Notes under the pieces: model-generated | Told to the model about the DNA's origin: nothing | The model's input: the letters and a program-made list of their open reading frames with translations, nothing else | The model's database searches: none | Shown here: piece after piece, positions 17,542-27,397 of the stretch | Position numbering within the stretch: position 1 is the stretch's first letter | How the letters are laid out: every line of letters starts with the position of its first letter | Made by a program: the position numbers and the translations under genes | Assembly: GCA_028718635.1 (NCBI GenBank) | Contig: JAQULK010000001.1 | Location: 242,944-306,943, forward strand | DNA from: Minisyncoccota bacterium | GTDB taxonomy: Bacteria > Patescibacteriota > Minisyncoccia > Phycocordibacterales > UBA9973 | Reading direction: 5' to 3' | Length of the DNA: 64,000 bases

Positions 17542-19728
17542 TCACTCGAAATGAAATTCGCTGGTTTTTTGGTGCACTTTTTGTTTTAGGAGGGGGTATT
17601 TCAAGAGTTCTGGATCTTTTTCTATTAGAGCTATGGCTTCTGTGCGGGCGGCTTCTACCATTTTTATATTCTTTATGGCTTCCATGCCGAGATCGGTGAT
17701 ACCCCATTGTTTCGTACCTCCGAGTTCTCCTGCACCGCGGATAGTTAGGTCTAATTCAGCCAATTCAAAACCATTTTTGGCGGTTTTTAAAGCTTTTAAG
17801 CGAGCAATTGTTTTTTCGCTTTTCGCTTCAGCGAAAATATAACAATAAGCTTGATGGGAACTTCGGATGACGCGTCCGCGAAGTTGGTGAAGTTGGGCTA
17901 GGCCGAAACGTTCAGCCCCTTCGATTATTATTACTGTCGCGTTTGGAACATTAACCCCCACTTCTACCACAGAGGTAGCACACAATATATTTATTTTCCC
18001 TTCGGTAAATTCTTGCATCACTTTTTCTTTTTTTTCTTTGCTCATTTTACTGTGCAAAACTCCTATTTCATATTCTTGAAAAACCCCTTTTTTTAATCTT
18101 TTAGCCTCGGCTTCTGCTGATTTTACATTGAGAGCTAATTCTTTTTCTGGATCTGGTTCGTTGATTCTCGGGCAAATAACATACAGCTGTCTGCCAGCTT
18201 TTAATTCTTGGCGAATTTTTTCATAAGTTTCATTGCGTTTATTCGGGGTGATTATTTCAGTAATTATTTGTTTTCTGCCCAGAGGCATTTCCTCAAGAAG
18301 AGATAAATCCAAGTCACCATATATTGTGAGCGCAAGTGTGCGGGGTATGGGGGTGGCAGTCATTGAGAGCAGGTGTGGTGCAATGTTATCTTTGTGGACA
18401 AGTTTCCTTCGTTGGGCTGTGCCGAAACGGTGTTGTTCATCAATTACCACAAAAGCCAAATTTTTAAATTTTACAGTTTTTTGAATAAGCGCATGGGTGC
18501 CGATTAAAATTGGGATTTCTCCATTTGCTACCCATTTTAATAGTTGGGCGCGAGAGATAGTGGTCCAACCGCTAGGATTTAATTTAGAAGGAAATTTACG
18601 ACAACCTGATCCAGTGATGAGTCCGATGTTTATTGGTAGATGTTTAAAATATTCTATAAAAGATTCGAAATGCTGGGTGGCCAATATTTCTGTCGGTGCC
18701 ATATAGGCTGTTTGTAGATTACCAAAAGTTTGAGATTTGCCAGAAGTGTTATCGAAGGGTCTTTGATTTTGAACTACATAAGCCGCGGTGGCAGCGACGG
18801 CAGTTTTGCCGCTCCCTACGTCGCCTTCAAGCAAGCGAGACATTGGAAAAGTTTTTCCCATGTCATTCAGTATTGTTTCTATAGCTTTTTTTTGTGAGAC
18901 AGTTAGTTCAAAAGGGAAACGAGATAAAAATTTATCTACGTTTAAAGCAAGAGGTCCCACTTTTATTTGGAAAGATTTATTTTTTCTATATTCAAATTTA
19001 TCGTGTTGGCGTTCCAGCTGGATACAGAAAACTTCCTCAAAAGCGAATCTTTTGCGCGCAGACTCCGCATCCTTTTTATTTTTTGGTTTATGTATCCAAA
19101 CAAGCGCAGTTTTTAAAGTCGGTAAGTGATATTTTTTAAGAATATTGTCTGGGATATAATCTTGGATGTTATCTAATGTTTTATCTTTAAATATTTTTTC
19201 TATTGCGTGATAAAACCATTTAGAAGTAATGCCTCGAGTTTCAGCGTAAATAGGGTAAGAAAAACCAGAATTGGAGGTTTTGTTTTTTGTGAATAGAGTA
19301 TCGTGCATATCTATCGGCATATTGGGTAATTTTTCAAATTCTGGATTCGCCAAATAAATACTATTTTTCCCTTGGCTAACTTTCCCTGTAAGTTTCACAT
19401 TTTCTCCTTCTTTCATCATTTTGGCTAAATAAGCTTGGTTGAACCAAGTTATTTTTATTTTTCCAGACAGGTCTTCTATTTCACCCTCAGCCATAGGAAT
19501 ATGAGATCGAAAAGCTTTTTTTGTTTTCAGTTTTGATACTTTGCCGTAGACCGTAGCCATATCGCCAGCAACAAGATCTGCAATATTTTTTACTTCACTC
19601 ATATCGCTATATCTGACAGGGAAGTATCCAAGCAAATCTGCCACTGAAAAAATATTTAATTTACGCAAAGCTCTTTTTTGATTTACATCTAGGCGGAATT
19701 TTTCTTCCAGTTTGTTATGAAGCTCCAT
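17542..19728 (-). CDS. recG: ATP-dependent DNA helicase RecG
   Basis: Wedge domain, GDVGSGKT, VIDEQHRFG, and the helicase C-terminal motifs. Confidence 0.85.
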   Translation of the reverse strand: MELHNKLEEKFRLDVNQKRALRKLNIFSVADLLGYFPVRYSDMSEVKNIADLVAGDMATVYGKVSKLKTKKAFRSHIPMAEGEIEDLSGKIKITWFNQAYLAKMMKEGENVKLTGKVSQGKNSIYLANPEFEKLPNMPIDMHDTLFTKNKTSNSGFSYPIYAETRGITSKWFYHAIEKIFKDKTLDNIQDYIPDNILKKYHLPTLKTALVWIHKPKNKKDAESARKRFAFEEVFCIQLERQHDKFEYRKNKSFQIKVGPLALNVDKFLSRFPFELTVSQKKAIETILNDMGKTFPMSRLLEGDVGSGKTAVAATAAYVVQNQRPFDNTSGKSQTFGNLQTAYMAPTEILATQHFESFIEYFKHLPINIGLITGSGCRKFPSKLNPSGWTTISRAQLLKWVANGEIPILIGTHALIQKTVKFKNLAFVVIDEQHRFGTAQRRKLVHKDNIAPHLLSMTATPIPRTLALTIYGDLDLSLLEEMPLGRKQIITEIITPNKRNETYEKIRQELKAGRQLYVICPRINEPDPEKELALNVKSAEAEAKRLKKGVFQEYEIGVLHSKMSKEKKEKVMQEFTEGKINILCATSVVEVGVNVPNATVIIIEGAERFGLAQLHQLRGRVIRSSHQAYCYIFAEAKSEKTIARLKALKTAKNGFELAELDLTIRGAGELGGTKQWGITDLGMEAIKNIKMVEAARTEAIALIEKDPELLKYPLLKQKVHQKTSEFHFE

Positions 19729-20007
19729 ATAGTTTATAATATACCCATGGACACACTTCTACAATCTCAAGTTTTCTTTTTTATATCTTCTATGGGCTTT
19801 GTTGTTTTGTGGATTTTAACAGCGATATTTTTGTTTTACCTTATTCGCATCACTCGCGCCTTTTCAAGGATTATGGATAAAATAGAAGATAATATAAATG
19901 AAATTGGTGATACTACGAAAGAAATGTTGGGAGATTTACGAGATAGTGCATTATTTAGTTTCTTTTTAAGAAAAAAAAGAAAAAGTCGCAAGGGTCGTGA
20001 AGATTAA
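19717..20007 (+). CDS. small membrane protein (hypothetical)
   Basis: 96 aa with one long hydrophobic helix. Confidence 0.3.
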   Translation: MKLHIVYNIPMDTLLQSQVFFFISSMGFVVLWILTAIFLFYLIRITRAFSRIMDKIEDNINEIGDTTKEMLGDLRDSALFSFFLRKKRKSRKGRED

Positions 20008-20113
20008 TCCCGTTAGAAATTTACAAAACGGGAAAATATTATTAAATTAACAATAATCAACTGTCTTTATATATAAAAATAAATGTACAGATAGTATGAT
20101 TTCTAAACGGGAT
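20007..20113 (+). repeat. start-codon-embedding inverted-repeat element, copy 3 (ATCCCGTTAGAAAT ... ATTTCTAAACGGGAT, one bulged A)
   Basis: Inverted repeats at 20007-20020 and 20099-20113. ATG is at 20112. A proximal AAACGGGA at 20027-20034 can alternatively pair with the left repeat. Confidence 0.75.
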
Positions 20114-20486
20114 GAAAAAAAATAACAAAAAAATGTCAGTTGGGAAAAAGGTAGCAGTGGGAGCAGCAGGGGCAGCAGCTATTAGCGCAGTTGGAGCTGG
20201 AGTATATTATTTATTCGGTCCCAAAGCTAAAGTGCACCAAAAGAAAACAAAAGCTTTGATCTCCAAGATGAAAAAAGAGATAGACAGAGAAGTAAAAAAA
20301 GCCAGGAAGGTTACCGCCCCTATTTATGACGACGTCGTAAATGCCATTTCTTCAAATTACGCTAAACAATATAAAATTCACGAAGGAGATATAAAAGCTC
20401 TTGCCAAGAAAATGAAAGATGAATGGAAAGGAGTGAATAAAGTTGCTAAAAAAACTGTAAGAAATATTAAAAAGAAAAGTCTATAA
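20112..20486 (+). CDS. lysine-rich membrane-anchored protein (hypothetical)
   Basis: N-terminal hydrophobic segment VGKKVAVGAAGAAAISAVGAGVYYLF followed by a charged tail. Confidence 0.35.
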   Translation: MKKNNKKMSVGKKVAVGAAGAAAISAVGAGVYYLFGPKAKVHQKKTKALISKMKKEIDREVKKARKVTAPIYDDVVNAISSNYAKQYKIHEGDIKALAKKMKDEWKGVNKVAKKTVRNIKKKSL

Positions 20487-20491
20487 GAATT

Positions 20492-21427
20492 ATGAAAAAA
20501 GAAATAGGCTATATTGGGCTTGGGAGAATGGGGAAAAATATGGTTTTTCGATTGTTAGGTGCAGGTTGGAACATCGTCGCTTATAATCGAAGTCCGGAAA
20601 GCGTCAAAGAAGTAGGGGCAAAAGGCGCTGTCGGAACATCCAGTATAAAAGAATTAGTCTCCAAACTTCCTACTCCTCGTGTTGTATGGATAATGGTTTC
20701 TCATCAAGCGGTTGATGAAGTGATAAATGAAGTGGCGCCAATGCTTGAAAAAGGTGATTTGATAGTGGATGGTGGAAATTCTCCGTACCGAGAATCAATG
20801 CGCCGAGCTAAAGAATTAAATGCCAAAGGAATTGAATTTTTGGATATCGGCGTTTCTGGCGGACCTGGGGGATCACTCAATGGCGCTTGTATGATGGTGG
20901 GTGGAAAAAAAGAATTGTATGATAAATTTGATGGTGTAGGATTTTTTAAAGATACTTGCAAGCCGGAAGGTTGGGGGCATTTTGGTCCGTCCGGAGCGGG
21001 ACATTTCGTGAAAATGGTTCACAACGGCATAGAATATGGAATGATGCAGGCTATCGCAGAAGGGTTTGACCTCATGCGTCACTCAAAAGAATTTAATAAT
21101 TTAGATTTGGAAAAAATAACAGAAGTGTATTCTCATGGAAGCGTGGTTACCTCGAGTTTGGTTTCATGGATGAATGATGGATATAAAAAATATGGGAAAG
21201 ATTTAAATGAAATTTCCGGCAAAGCTTCTGCTTCCGGAGAAGGCCATTGGACAGTGGAAGCAGGGAAGAGAGAAAATATTCCTATGCCTGTTATTCAAGC
21301 GTCCCTCGATGCGAGAGAGGCCTCACAGAAAAAACCATCCTATCAAGGAAAAGTAGTTTCTACTATGCGTGGAGAGTTTGGCCAACATCCCGTCAAAAGA
21401 TCTCCCGACGAACCGGAGGTGTTGTAA
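20492..21427 (+). CDS. gnd: 6-phosphogluconate dehydrogenase (decarboxylating), short NAD-binding form
   Basis: GLGRMGKNM Rossmann motif, GGNS, and GHFVKMVHNGIEYGMMQAIAEGF. Confidence 0.75.
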   Translation: MKKEIGYIGLGRMGKNMVFRLLGAGWNIVAYNRSPESVKEVGAKGAVGTSSIKELVSKLPTPRVVWIMVSHQAVDEVINEVAPMLEKGDLIVDGGNSPYRESMRRAKELNAKGIEFLDIGVSGGPGGSLNGACMMVGGKKELYDKFDGVGFFKDTCKPEGWGHFGPSGAGHFVKMVHNGIEYGMMQAIAEGFDLMRHSKEFNNLDLEKITEVYSHGSVVTSSLVSWMNDGYKKYGKDLNEISGKASASGEGHWTVEAGKRENIPMPVIQASLDAREASQKKPSYQGKVVSTMRGEFGQHPVKRSPDEPEVL

Positions 21428-21600
21428 GAAAAGTCTCAAGTTGGAGATCTCGTGTTCGGACTTTTCAATAACAAGCCCTGTGACGTTATTTATTATAATT
21501 TTGTCTTTTACCACAAGGATACGTTTCGTGCGAGCTAAAAAATGACAAAAATGACACAGGATAAATTTTAAATGTTACAGCTATCTGTAACATTCCTTTT

Positions 21601-22125
21601 TTAAATCTTAGTGCTGTCATAGGCCCAATGCAAAAGTGCCTGCCTTTGTCCTGGACGGCAAGCAAGGTCTTTTACTCTACAGTTCTTAACGATCTGGGCG
21701 ACGTGCCGCCTTATTGCTTTCCATCGCTTGATCTGGCGCTCGTCCTCATCTGGCAATCTTCTACCCATATAATACCGGCCATACCACTGGAACCATCCGC
21801 GCGGATCATGTTCTTCATTGATCCATCCTTTCTCTTCCCACACCTTAAGTGGTTGGCTGGCATGTTTGTGAAAATAGTTAAGCGTATCGTCGTGGTGCTT
21901 TGGTGACAGCTTGGCATGGATAAACCAGCTTTTAGGGAATTCTCTTCTACAGTCGGTCATATATTTGCCTCCAAAGACACCAAGCTTAAGCATTTTCTTC
22001 GGTGTAAGTTCTGGCTTGAAGTCAGAGTGAAAATTTCTGCCAACTGGTTCAGAAATTTCATATCTATAGCCCTTCTGGAATTTGTCGTTTACTATAACTA
22101 CTTTTATCCTGTGCTTAGGTTTCAT
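21601..22125 (-). CDS. conserved hypothetical protein
   Basis: 174-aa ORF with no assignable motif. Confidence 0.35.
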   Translation of the reverse strand: MKPKHRIKVVIVNDKFQKGYRYEISEPVGRNFHSDFKPELTPKKMLKLGVFGGKYMTDCRREFPKSWFIHAKLSPKHHDDTLNYFHKHASQPLKVWEEKGWINEEHDPRGWFQWYGRYYMGRRLPDEDERQIKRWKAIRRHVAQIVKNCRVKDLACRPGQRQALLHWAYDSTKI

Positions 22126-22128
22126 AAT

Positions 22129-22584
22129 TTAATTACCTACTATATACACCACAAGTAAAATAAGTCCGCCCCACCAACCGATGTCTGAGACAATGAGACT
22201 TATTATGATTTTCTTCTGCCACGATGCAGGCAGTAGCTCTCCCGATCGTCCTTCTTTTTCACGCTGCAGTAAAAATGGACTGACTTTGAAAGAAAGAAAA
22301 TAGCCATTAGTAATGAGGAGAAGCGCGGTAATGAAATGAATGAGTGGAATACCCGAAAAAGATTGATGGCGGTAGAAAATCAAACCACCAATTGTGGCAA
22401 GAATAATTCCAACCCAAATCATAGGTTTTGTAACCTTGTGCGTTCGTGTTGTCGCTTCAGTCCAATAGGAGGATTTTCTTCCGAGAAAGCCGTGAATATC
22501 GATGACTGTCACAGCTCCGAGTCCAATAATAAAACCGGAAATAAAAATAAAGAGTCCTAAAAAATTCAATGTTGTATTTGCCAT
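22129..22584 (-). CDS. membrane protein (about 4 TM), hypothetical
   Basis: Hydrophobic helices throughout. Confidence 0.4.
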   Translation of the reverse strand: MANTTLNFLGLFIFISGFIIGLGAVTVIDIHGFLGRKSSYWTEATTRTHKVTKPMIWVGIILATIGGLIFYRHQSFSGIPLIHFITALLLITNGYFLSFKVSPFLLQREKEGRSGELLPASWQKKIIISLIVSDIGWWGGLILLVVYIVGN

Positions 22585-22693
22585 AGTTTATTAACATAAT
22601 TATACCATTTTTGTGTCGAACTATGCTATGATTGAAGTATAAAAGTGTTATGGTCGAAACACACAAGTAAGTTAAAAAAATTAAATTAAAATT

Positions 22694-22900
22694 ATGAATA
22701 AACTTAATGTTCTCGACTGGCTTGCGCTCGTTTTGGTGATAGTAGGAGGTCTTAACTGGGGTCTCGTAGGTGCTATGAATTTTGACCTTGTTGCCACAAT
22801 ATTTGGCGACATGTCTGTTCTTTCTCGTATAATATATGTATTAGTGGGCATTTCTGCAGTATATCTTGTTTTTGTATGTTCCAAGTTTTCTAGAAAATAA
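22694..22900 (+). CDS. DUF378-family small membrane protein
   Basis: LDWLALVLVIVGGLNWGLVG...RIIYVLVGISAVYLV matches the DUF378 pattern. Confidence 0.6.
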   Translation: MNKLNVLDWLALVLVIVGGLNWGLVGAMNFDLVATIFGDMSVLSRIIYVLVGISAVYLVFVCSKFSRK

Positions 22901-22912
22901 TTTTTGCTCCAA

Positions 22913-22944
22913 AAAACCACTCCGTAAATCGGAGTGGTTTTTTG
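22913..22944 (+). terminator. rho-independent terminator
   Basis: CCACTCCG-TAAAT-CGGAGTGG followed by T6. Confidence 0.75.
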
Positions 22945-23158
22945 TTTGCGGGCAGTTTGGTACGTCGCTCAAGCCTTGAGGATCTTCAGATTTGAATGAG
23001 TTTTTTGGAGTCGTGCGAGGATATGCCAGATATATTAAGAAACAGGAGTGATATTGAGAAGAGAGAGCTATTGGGATGTTTGAAGAGTAAAATATTGCTG
23101 GCAATTACGCACAAAAAACAAGCTTAAAATCTAAGCATCTCGTGCTATCTGTTGCTTG

Positions 23159-23247
23159 CGGAGCCGGGCGGATTCGAACCGCCGAGGGGTTTTAAAGCCC
23201 CTGCCTCTTTAGCAAAGAGGTACGTTAGACCACTCTGACACGGCTCC
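23159..23247 (-). tRNA. tRNA-Ser (GCT)
   Basis: Minus-strand fold: acceptor GGAGCCG/CGGCTCC, anticodon arm CCTCT-TTGCTAA-AGAGG, long variable arm, T-arm GGCGG-TTCGAAT-CCGCC, discriminator G. Confidence 0.8.
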
Positions 23248-23317
23248 TGTTGAACTTATTTACTCTAGCATATTACTGCTCTTTTTTCATTTTTTTGTTA
23301 TACTCTTCCTAAGTTTA

Positions 23318-23404
23318 GGAGAGATGGGTGAGTGGTTGAAACCAACAGTTTACTAAACTGTCGTCCCTTTAAAAGGACCGAGGGTTCGAATCCCTCTCTC
23401 TCCG
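23318..23404 (+). tRNA. class II (Ser-type architecture) tRNA with an unusual anticodon loop TTACTAA, apparent anticodon ACT
   Basis: Acceptor GGAGAGA/TCTCTCC, 3-bp D-stem GGT/ACC with loop GAGTGGTTGAA (parallel to E. coli tRNA-Ser), anticodon arm ACAGT-TTACTAA-ACTGT, long variable arm GTCC..GGAC, T-arm GAGGG-TTCGAAT-CCCTC, G73. Confidence 0.6.
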
Positions 23405-23492
23405 CAGTCAGTATTTAGTATCGGAAGACTCTGATGCTCGACACTTTCTTTAGTGTGATAACTATTGGTTTTTAATATATACTTTACTCAGT

Positions 23493-26400
23493 ATGAAGAA
23501 AGTATCACTAACCGAAAAGCTGCAAAAAAGAATTTGGAGGGACGCTAAAGATGCAGCTGGTCCTCGCTATACCAGCGATATAAATGTTGAATTGGAAATA
23601 AAAGATGTATTCGATGGTATTGGTAGGACTGAGAAGATTTTTGAGGAAATTGAAGAATTTAGAAAAAAAATAAGAAGTGCATATAAATCAATCAGTCACC
23701 TAAAAACTTCAGAATATAAAGACGACGTTATAAAAAAGAATCTCAAAAAAATTCAAGCTCTTGGAAAATTTTTCCTAGTAACCACCGAAAAATTTGGCAA
23801 GGACCAGTCTAGAATGATTGATTTAAAATCAATCATTCTAGCAACAAAAAAAATTTCTCCCTATTTTTCTCCTATTGAAAGGAGTATATGGGATTTTGAG
23901 AGAAAGGAGGATGATGAACAAAGGGAAAAAGCAAAGACTGAGAACCGACAGTACTTTGGACATAGCCAGTCGGACGAATTAAGAAAACTTAAAAGCCTTG
24001 AGCATAATCTCAGAGAATTTAGTAGAGGTATTCGAGAAATAGATTATTTTGCAAAAAGTCACAAGGCACAACTTTTAAATAATCCTTTTTTGCTCATCCT
24101 TGGTCAGGCAGGAATGGGGAAAACACATTTGGTATGTGATATAACTAAAAACCGCCTTGAAAATGAACTTCCGCCAACTGTGATTGTTTTAGGTGAAAAA
24201 CTTCTAGACATTCAAGATTCTCTTGGTGCCATATTCAGCGCCGTCTCAATAAAAGGATCTAAGAAAAAGATTTTAAATGAACTTAATGAAAGAGGTAAAA
24301 AAGCAAATCGAAGGGCTTTAATAATTGTTGACGCAATAAATGAAGCTGACAGACGAGGTTGGAAATCGGGAGTGTATAAACTTATTCACGAGGTAAAGAA
24401 TTATCATTGGGTTGGGTTAGTGATGACATGCAGAGTACCCTTCCAGTTTCTATACCTTCCAAAAAAGTTAAAAATAATAACGGAATATCATCAAGGTTTT
24501 CAAGACAACGAGTTAGAGGCCATGACTGCATTCTTTAATTTTTACGGTTTATCTTTACCTCAAGTGCCACTTCTTATATCCGAGTTTAGTAGCCCACTAT
24601 TCCTTAGTTGTTTTTGTAGAACGGCGAGAGATATTAAAGGTGGGAAAGCAAAGGTAGTAAAAGGGATTAATGACCTTGCTTTGGGTCAAGTGGGAATGAC
24701 TAAAATCTTGGAAGATTTCTATATCTCGAAAGAAGAATGGATAGTAAAGAAACACACATCAAAATTCAAAATTCTTATAAAGCAATCTTGGATTTGGCAT
24801 AAATCTGGAGATTGTCTTATAAAGAATATCGCCAAGGTAATGGCAATTAACGGACAACAGTATCTCAAAGAAAACGAAGTGCTTCAGGTTATTAAAGACC
24901 TATCTAATAATAAGTATTCATTCATAACATGCTCAAAAGTTTTAAAAATTTTAATAGAAGAAGGAGTACTAATTCGAGATGCAGCTTGGGATGATCAAAC
25001 AAAAAAATATTTTGACGTATTCAAATTCTCTTTTCATAAATTTAGTGACCATATAATTGCAAGATATCTCTTGGGGGGATTTTTTGACAGCAAAAAGATA
25101 ACAGCTAGTCTCCATGCTTCAAATTCTCTTGGTAACCTTTTTTCTTCAGAAGAAAGTATATTAAGAAACATAGGATTGATTGAAGCTCTGATGGTTGAAT
25201 TTCCAGAAAGAATAAAGAAAAATCCAAAATTAACAGAAAGTGACTTAATTGATTACATACCAGAAACACTCAAGGCTGATTCTCAAATCATGTCAGCTTT
25301 TATCGAAAGCTTATATTGGAGGAAGCCTGAGAATTTCCTAAACACTAAAGGACTAATCAAAAAGTCTATAGTTGATTATATAAATAAAACGCTTCTACGT
25401 TACGAAAACTCTTCTCGGGAATTTTTAAACCTATTTGTTGCAACAGCCACAAAACCATTCCATCCCTTTAACTCAAAAATGCTCAACAAATATTTATTGA
25501 AATTCTCGCTTACTGATAGAGATTTAATCTGGTCTGAATATGTAAGAAAACAATATGGTTCAGGCAGTATATATAAACTAATTTCTTGGATTGAAAATCA
25601 AACTCTTGAAAAAATTACGGCTGACCAAGCTGCTTCTGTAATTACAGTATTATCATGGGCGTTGGGAACAAACGTTAAATTACTGAGAAATAGAGCTACA
25701 CGGTGTTTGTATATTGTTGGCAAGATTCATCCGGAGGAATTTTTTAAATCTCTTCAAGAAATTATACACATAAACGACCCTTATATCCGAGAACGAATTC
25801 TATCCGTAGGGTATGGAATTGCAATGGCGATTGAGGACCTAGATAAAAAGCTAATTTCAAAAGTCTTATTTCCTAATGCTAAAACTATTTATGCTCTTTT
25901 TTTTAAAAAAGGAGCTAAGTTGGGTTCAACAAATGTTCTCATCAGAGACTATGTTCGAGGTATTATTGAGGTAGCGTTATATCATAATGAGAAATTACTT
26001 TCACCTGCTCAAATAAGACGTGTTAGACCACCCTATACTGACGGTGGCACCCGCAAATGGGGTCGCAACCTAGACAAGGATGAAGGCAAATATCGAGATG
26101 GTAATTCACCTTTAGGGTGGGAGTTTGAAAAAGACACTTTAAGACACCTTGTTGGTAGTCAAGCTTATGATGATAAGGACAAGAATTACATTCGTCTAAA
26201 AGAAAACATGATGTGGCGACTTTATCAGCTTGGCTATTCTCTTGAAAAATTTGGCGAAATTGATAAAGAAATTGTTCGTAATACAAGATACGATGGACCT
26301 CAAAACTATGCTGGAAAAATAGAAAGATATGGAGAAAAATATTCTCTTATCGCATATCATGAAATGCTAGGTATTAAGCTAGATAAAAAGAAGTTGGACC

Positions 26401-27392
26401 GTTGGTGGTACACAGAAGATGGGAGAAACAGTGAGTTTGAAGTAGATGCTAGTTTTCCACAAACACCGAAACGAAATAAATTATTTTCAAAAGATCTGAC
26501 CTCTGGTCCAACAGATATTAAGAAATGGATGGTTCAGAAAAATCCTCCTGATATTTCCAATTATTTAGAAATTGATAAGATTGATGGCCTTCCAGGCCCT
26601 TGGATTTTAGTTGATGGAATTATTGGGGAGAAAAATACAAATAAAAGTCGAAAAGTCACAACTTTTATTTATGGTATTCTTGTAAATGAGGTAAATGAGA
26701 AAAAAATCGAGGAATTCATGGCAAAGACTCCATTTCCAGGAAATGATAATATCCCTTCTCTACCTGAAACCAGAGAAGTTTTTGCAGGAGAGCTTGGATG
26801 GAGAGAGAAAAATACACCAGATCCAAATTTATATATCAAAATTAAACGAGGAGAAATACAAAAAAAACTTACGGAAAAAGAAAAAAGGTTCCATTCTATC
26901 CGATTCGCTTTCTTTGGAGAAAAGGAAGTTGTCCAAAAGAAACAATCACTACCAGAATTTAAAACAGAAACTATATATGAAGAGATACCAATACAGCGTC
27001 TTGCAAGATGGTTTGTATCAAAGGATTACACCTACATTAAAGATAACGATACAACCGGACTACATTTATTGAGTAAGAAAATAGTAAAAAAATATAAACT
27101 GCATTGTGCTCCAGCATCATTCAATATCTTGAACGCCAAGAGAGAAGTTGTTGCTATTCCTGTTTCTGTAGGAAATCAATATGGCACACATGAGAACCTA
27201 CTCTATGCAAGAAAAGATTTAGTTGATCTTATATTAAAAGAGAGCGGTAAAAAGATGCTTATTGTCACTTGGGGCGAAAGACAATATTGGCCAGAAAATT
27301 TAGATGACATACACCGAACTGACCATAGAAGCATAATTGAAAAACGTGAGAATATATACAAACAAAACTACAGCTATCCTTTTAAAAAGTAA
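23493..27392 (+). CDS. giant (1299 aa) P-loop NTPase, STAND/AAA-like (Avs/NACHT-like architecture), a candidate defense protein
   Basis: Walker A LILGQAGMGKTHL and Walker B RALIIVDAINEAD at about aa 195-290, with an N-terminal domain of about 190 aa and a C-terminal helical region of about 900 aa. Confidence 0.5.
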   Translation: MKKVSLTEKLQKRIWRDAKDAAGPRYTSDINVELEIKDVFDGIGRTEKIFEEIEEFRKKIRSAYKSISHLKTSEYKDDVIKKNLKKIQALGKFFLVTTEKFGKDQSRMIDLKSIILATKKISPYFSPIERSIWDFERKEDDEQREKAKTENRQYFGHSQSDELRKLKSLEHNLREFSRGIREIDYFAKSHKAQLLNNPFLLILGQAGMGKTHLVCDITKNRLENELPPTVIVLGEKLLDIQDSLGAIFSAVSIKGSKKKILNELNERGKKANRRALIIVDAINEADRRGWKSGVYKLIHEVKNYHWVGLVMTCRVPFQFLYLPKKLKIITEYHQGFQDNELEAMTAFFNFYGLSLPQVPLLISEFSSPLFLSCFCRTARDIKGGKAKVVKGINDLALGQVGMTKILEDFYISKEEWIVKKHTSKFKILIKQSWIWHKSGDCLIKNIAKVMAINGQQYLKENEVLQVIKDLSNNKYSFITCSKVLKILIEEGVLIRDAAWDDQTKKYFDVFKFSFHKFSDHIIARYLLGGFFDSKKITASLHASNSLGNLFSSEESILRNIGLIEALMVEFPERIKKNPKLTESDLIDYIPETLKADSQIMSAFIESLYWRKPENFLNTKGLIKKSIVDYINKTLLRYENSSREFLNLFVATATKPFHPFNSKMLNKYLLKFSLTDRDLIWSEYVRKQYGSGSIYKLISWIENQTLEKITADQAASVITVLSWALGTNVKLLRNRATRCLYIVGKIHPEEFFKSLQEIIHINDPYIRERILSVGYGIAMAIEDLDKKLISKVLFPNAKTIYALFFKKGAKLGSTNVLIRDYVRGIIEVALYHNEKLLSPAQIRRVRPPYTDGGTRKWGRNLDKDEGKYRDGNSPLGWEFEKDTLRHLVGSQAYDDKDKNYIRLKENMMWRLYQLGYSLEKFGEIDKEIVRNTRYDGPQNYAGKIERYGEKYSLIAYHEMLGIKLDKKKLDRWWYTEDGRNSEFEVDASFPQTPKRNKLFSKDLTSGPTDIKKWMVQKNPPDISNYLEIDKIDGLPGPWILVDGIIGEKNTNKSRKVTTFIYGILVNEVNEKKIEEFMAKTPFPGNDNIPSLPETREVFAGELGWREKNTPDPNLYIKIKRGEIQKKLTEKEKRFHSIRFAFFGEKEVVQKKQSLPEFKTETIYEEIPIQRLARWFVSKDYTYIKDNDTTGLHLLSKKIVKKYKLHCAPASFNILNAKREVVAIPVSVGNQYGTHENLLYARKDLVDLILKESGKKMLIVTWGERQYWPENLDDIHRTDHRSIIEKRENIYKQNYSYPFKK

Positions 27393-27397
27393 AAAAA

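Noticed and set aside
18233-19139. Five + strand ORFs antisense to recG
   Set aside because: They are embedded in a well-supported helicase gene.
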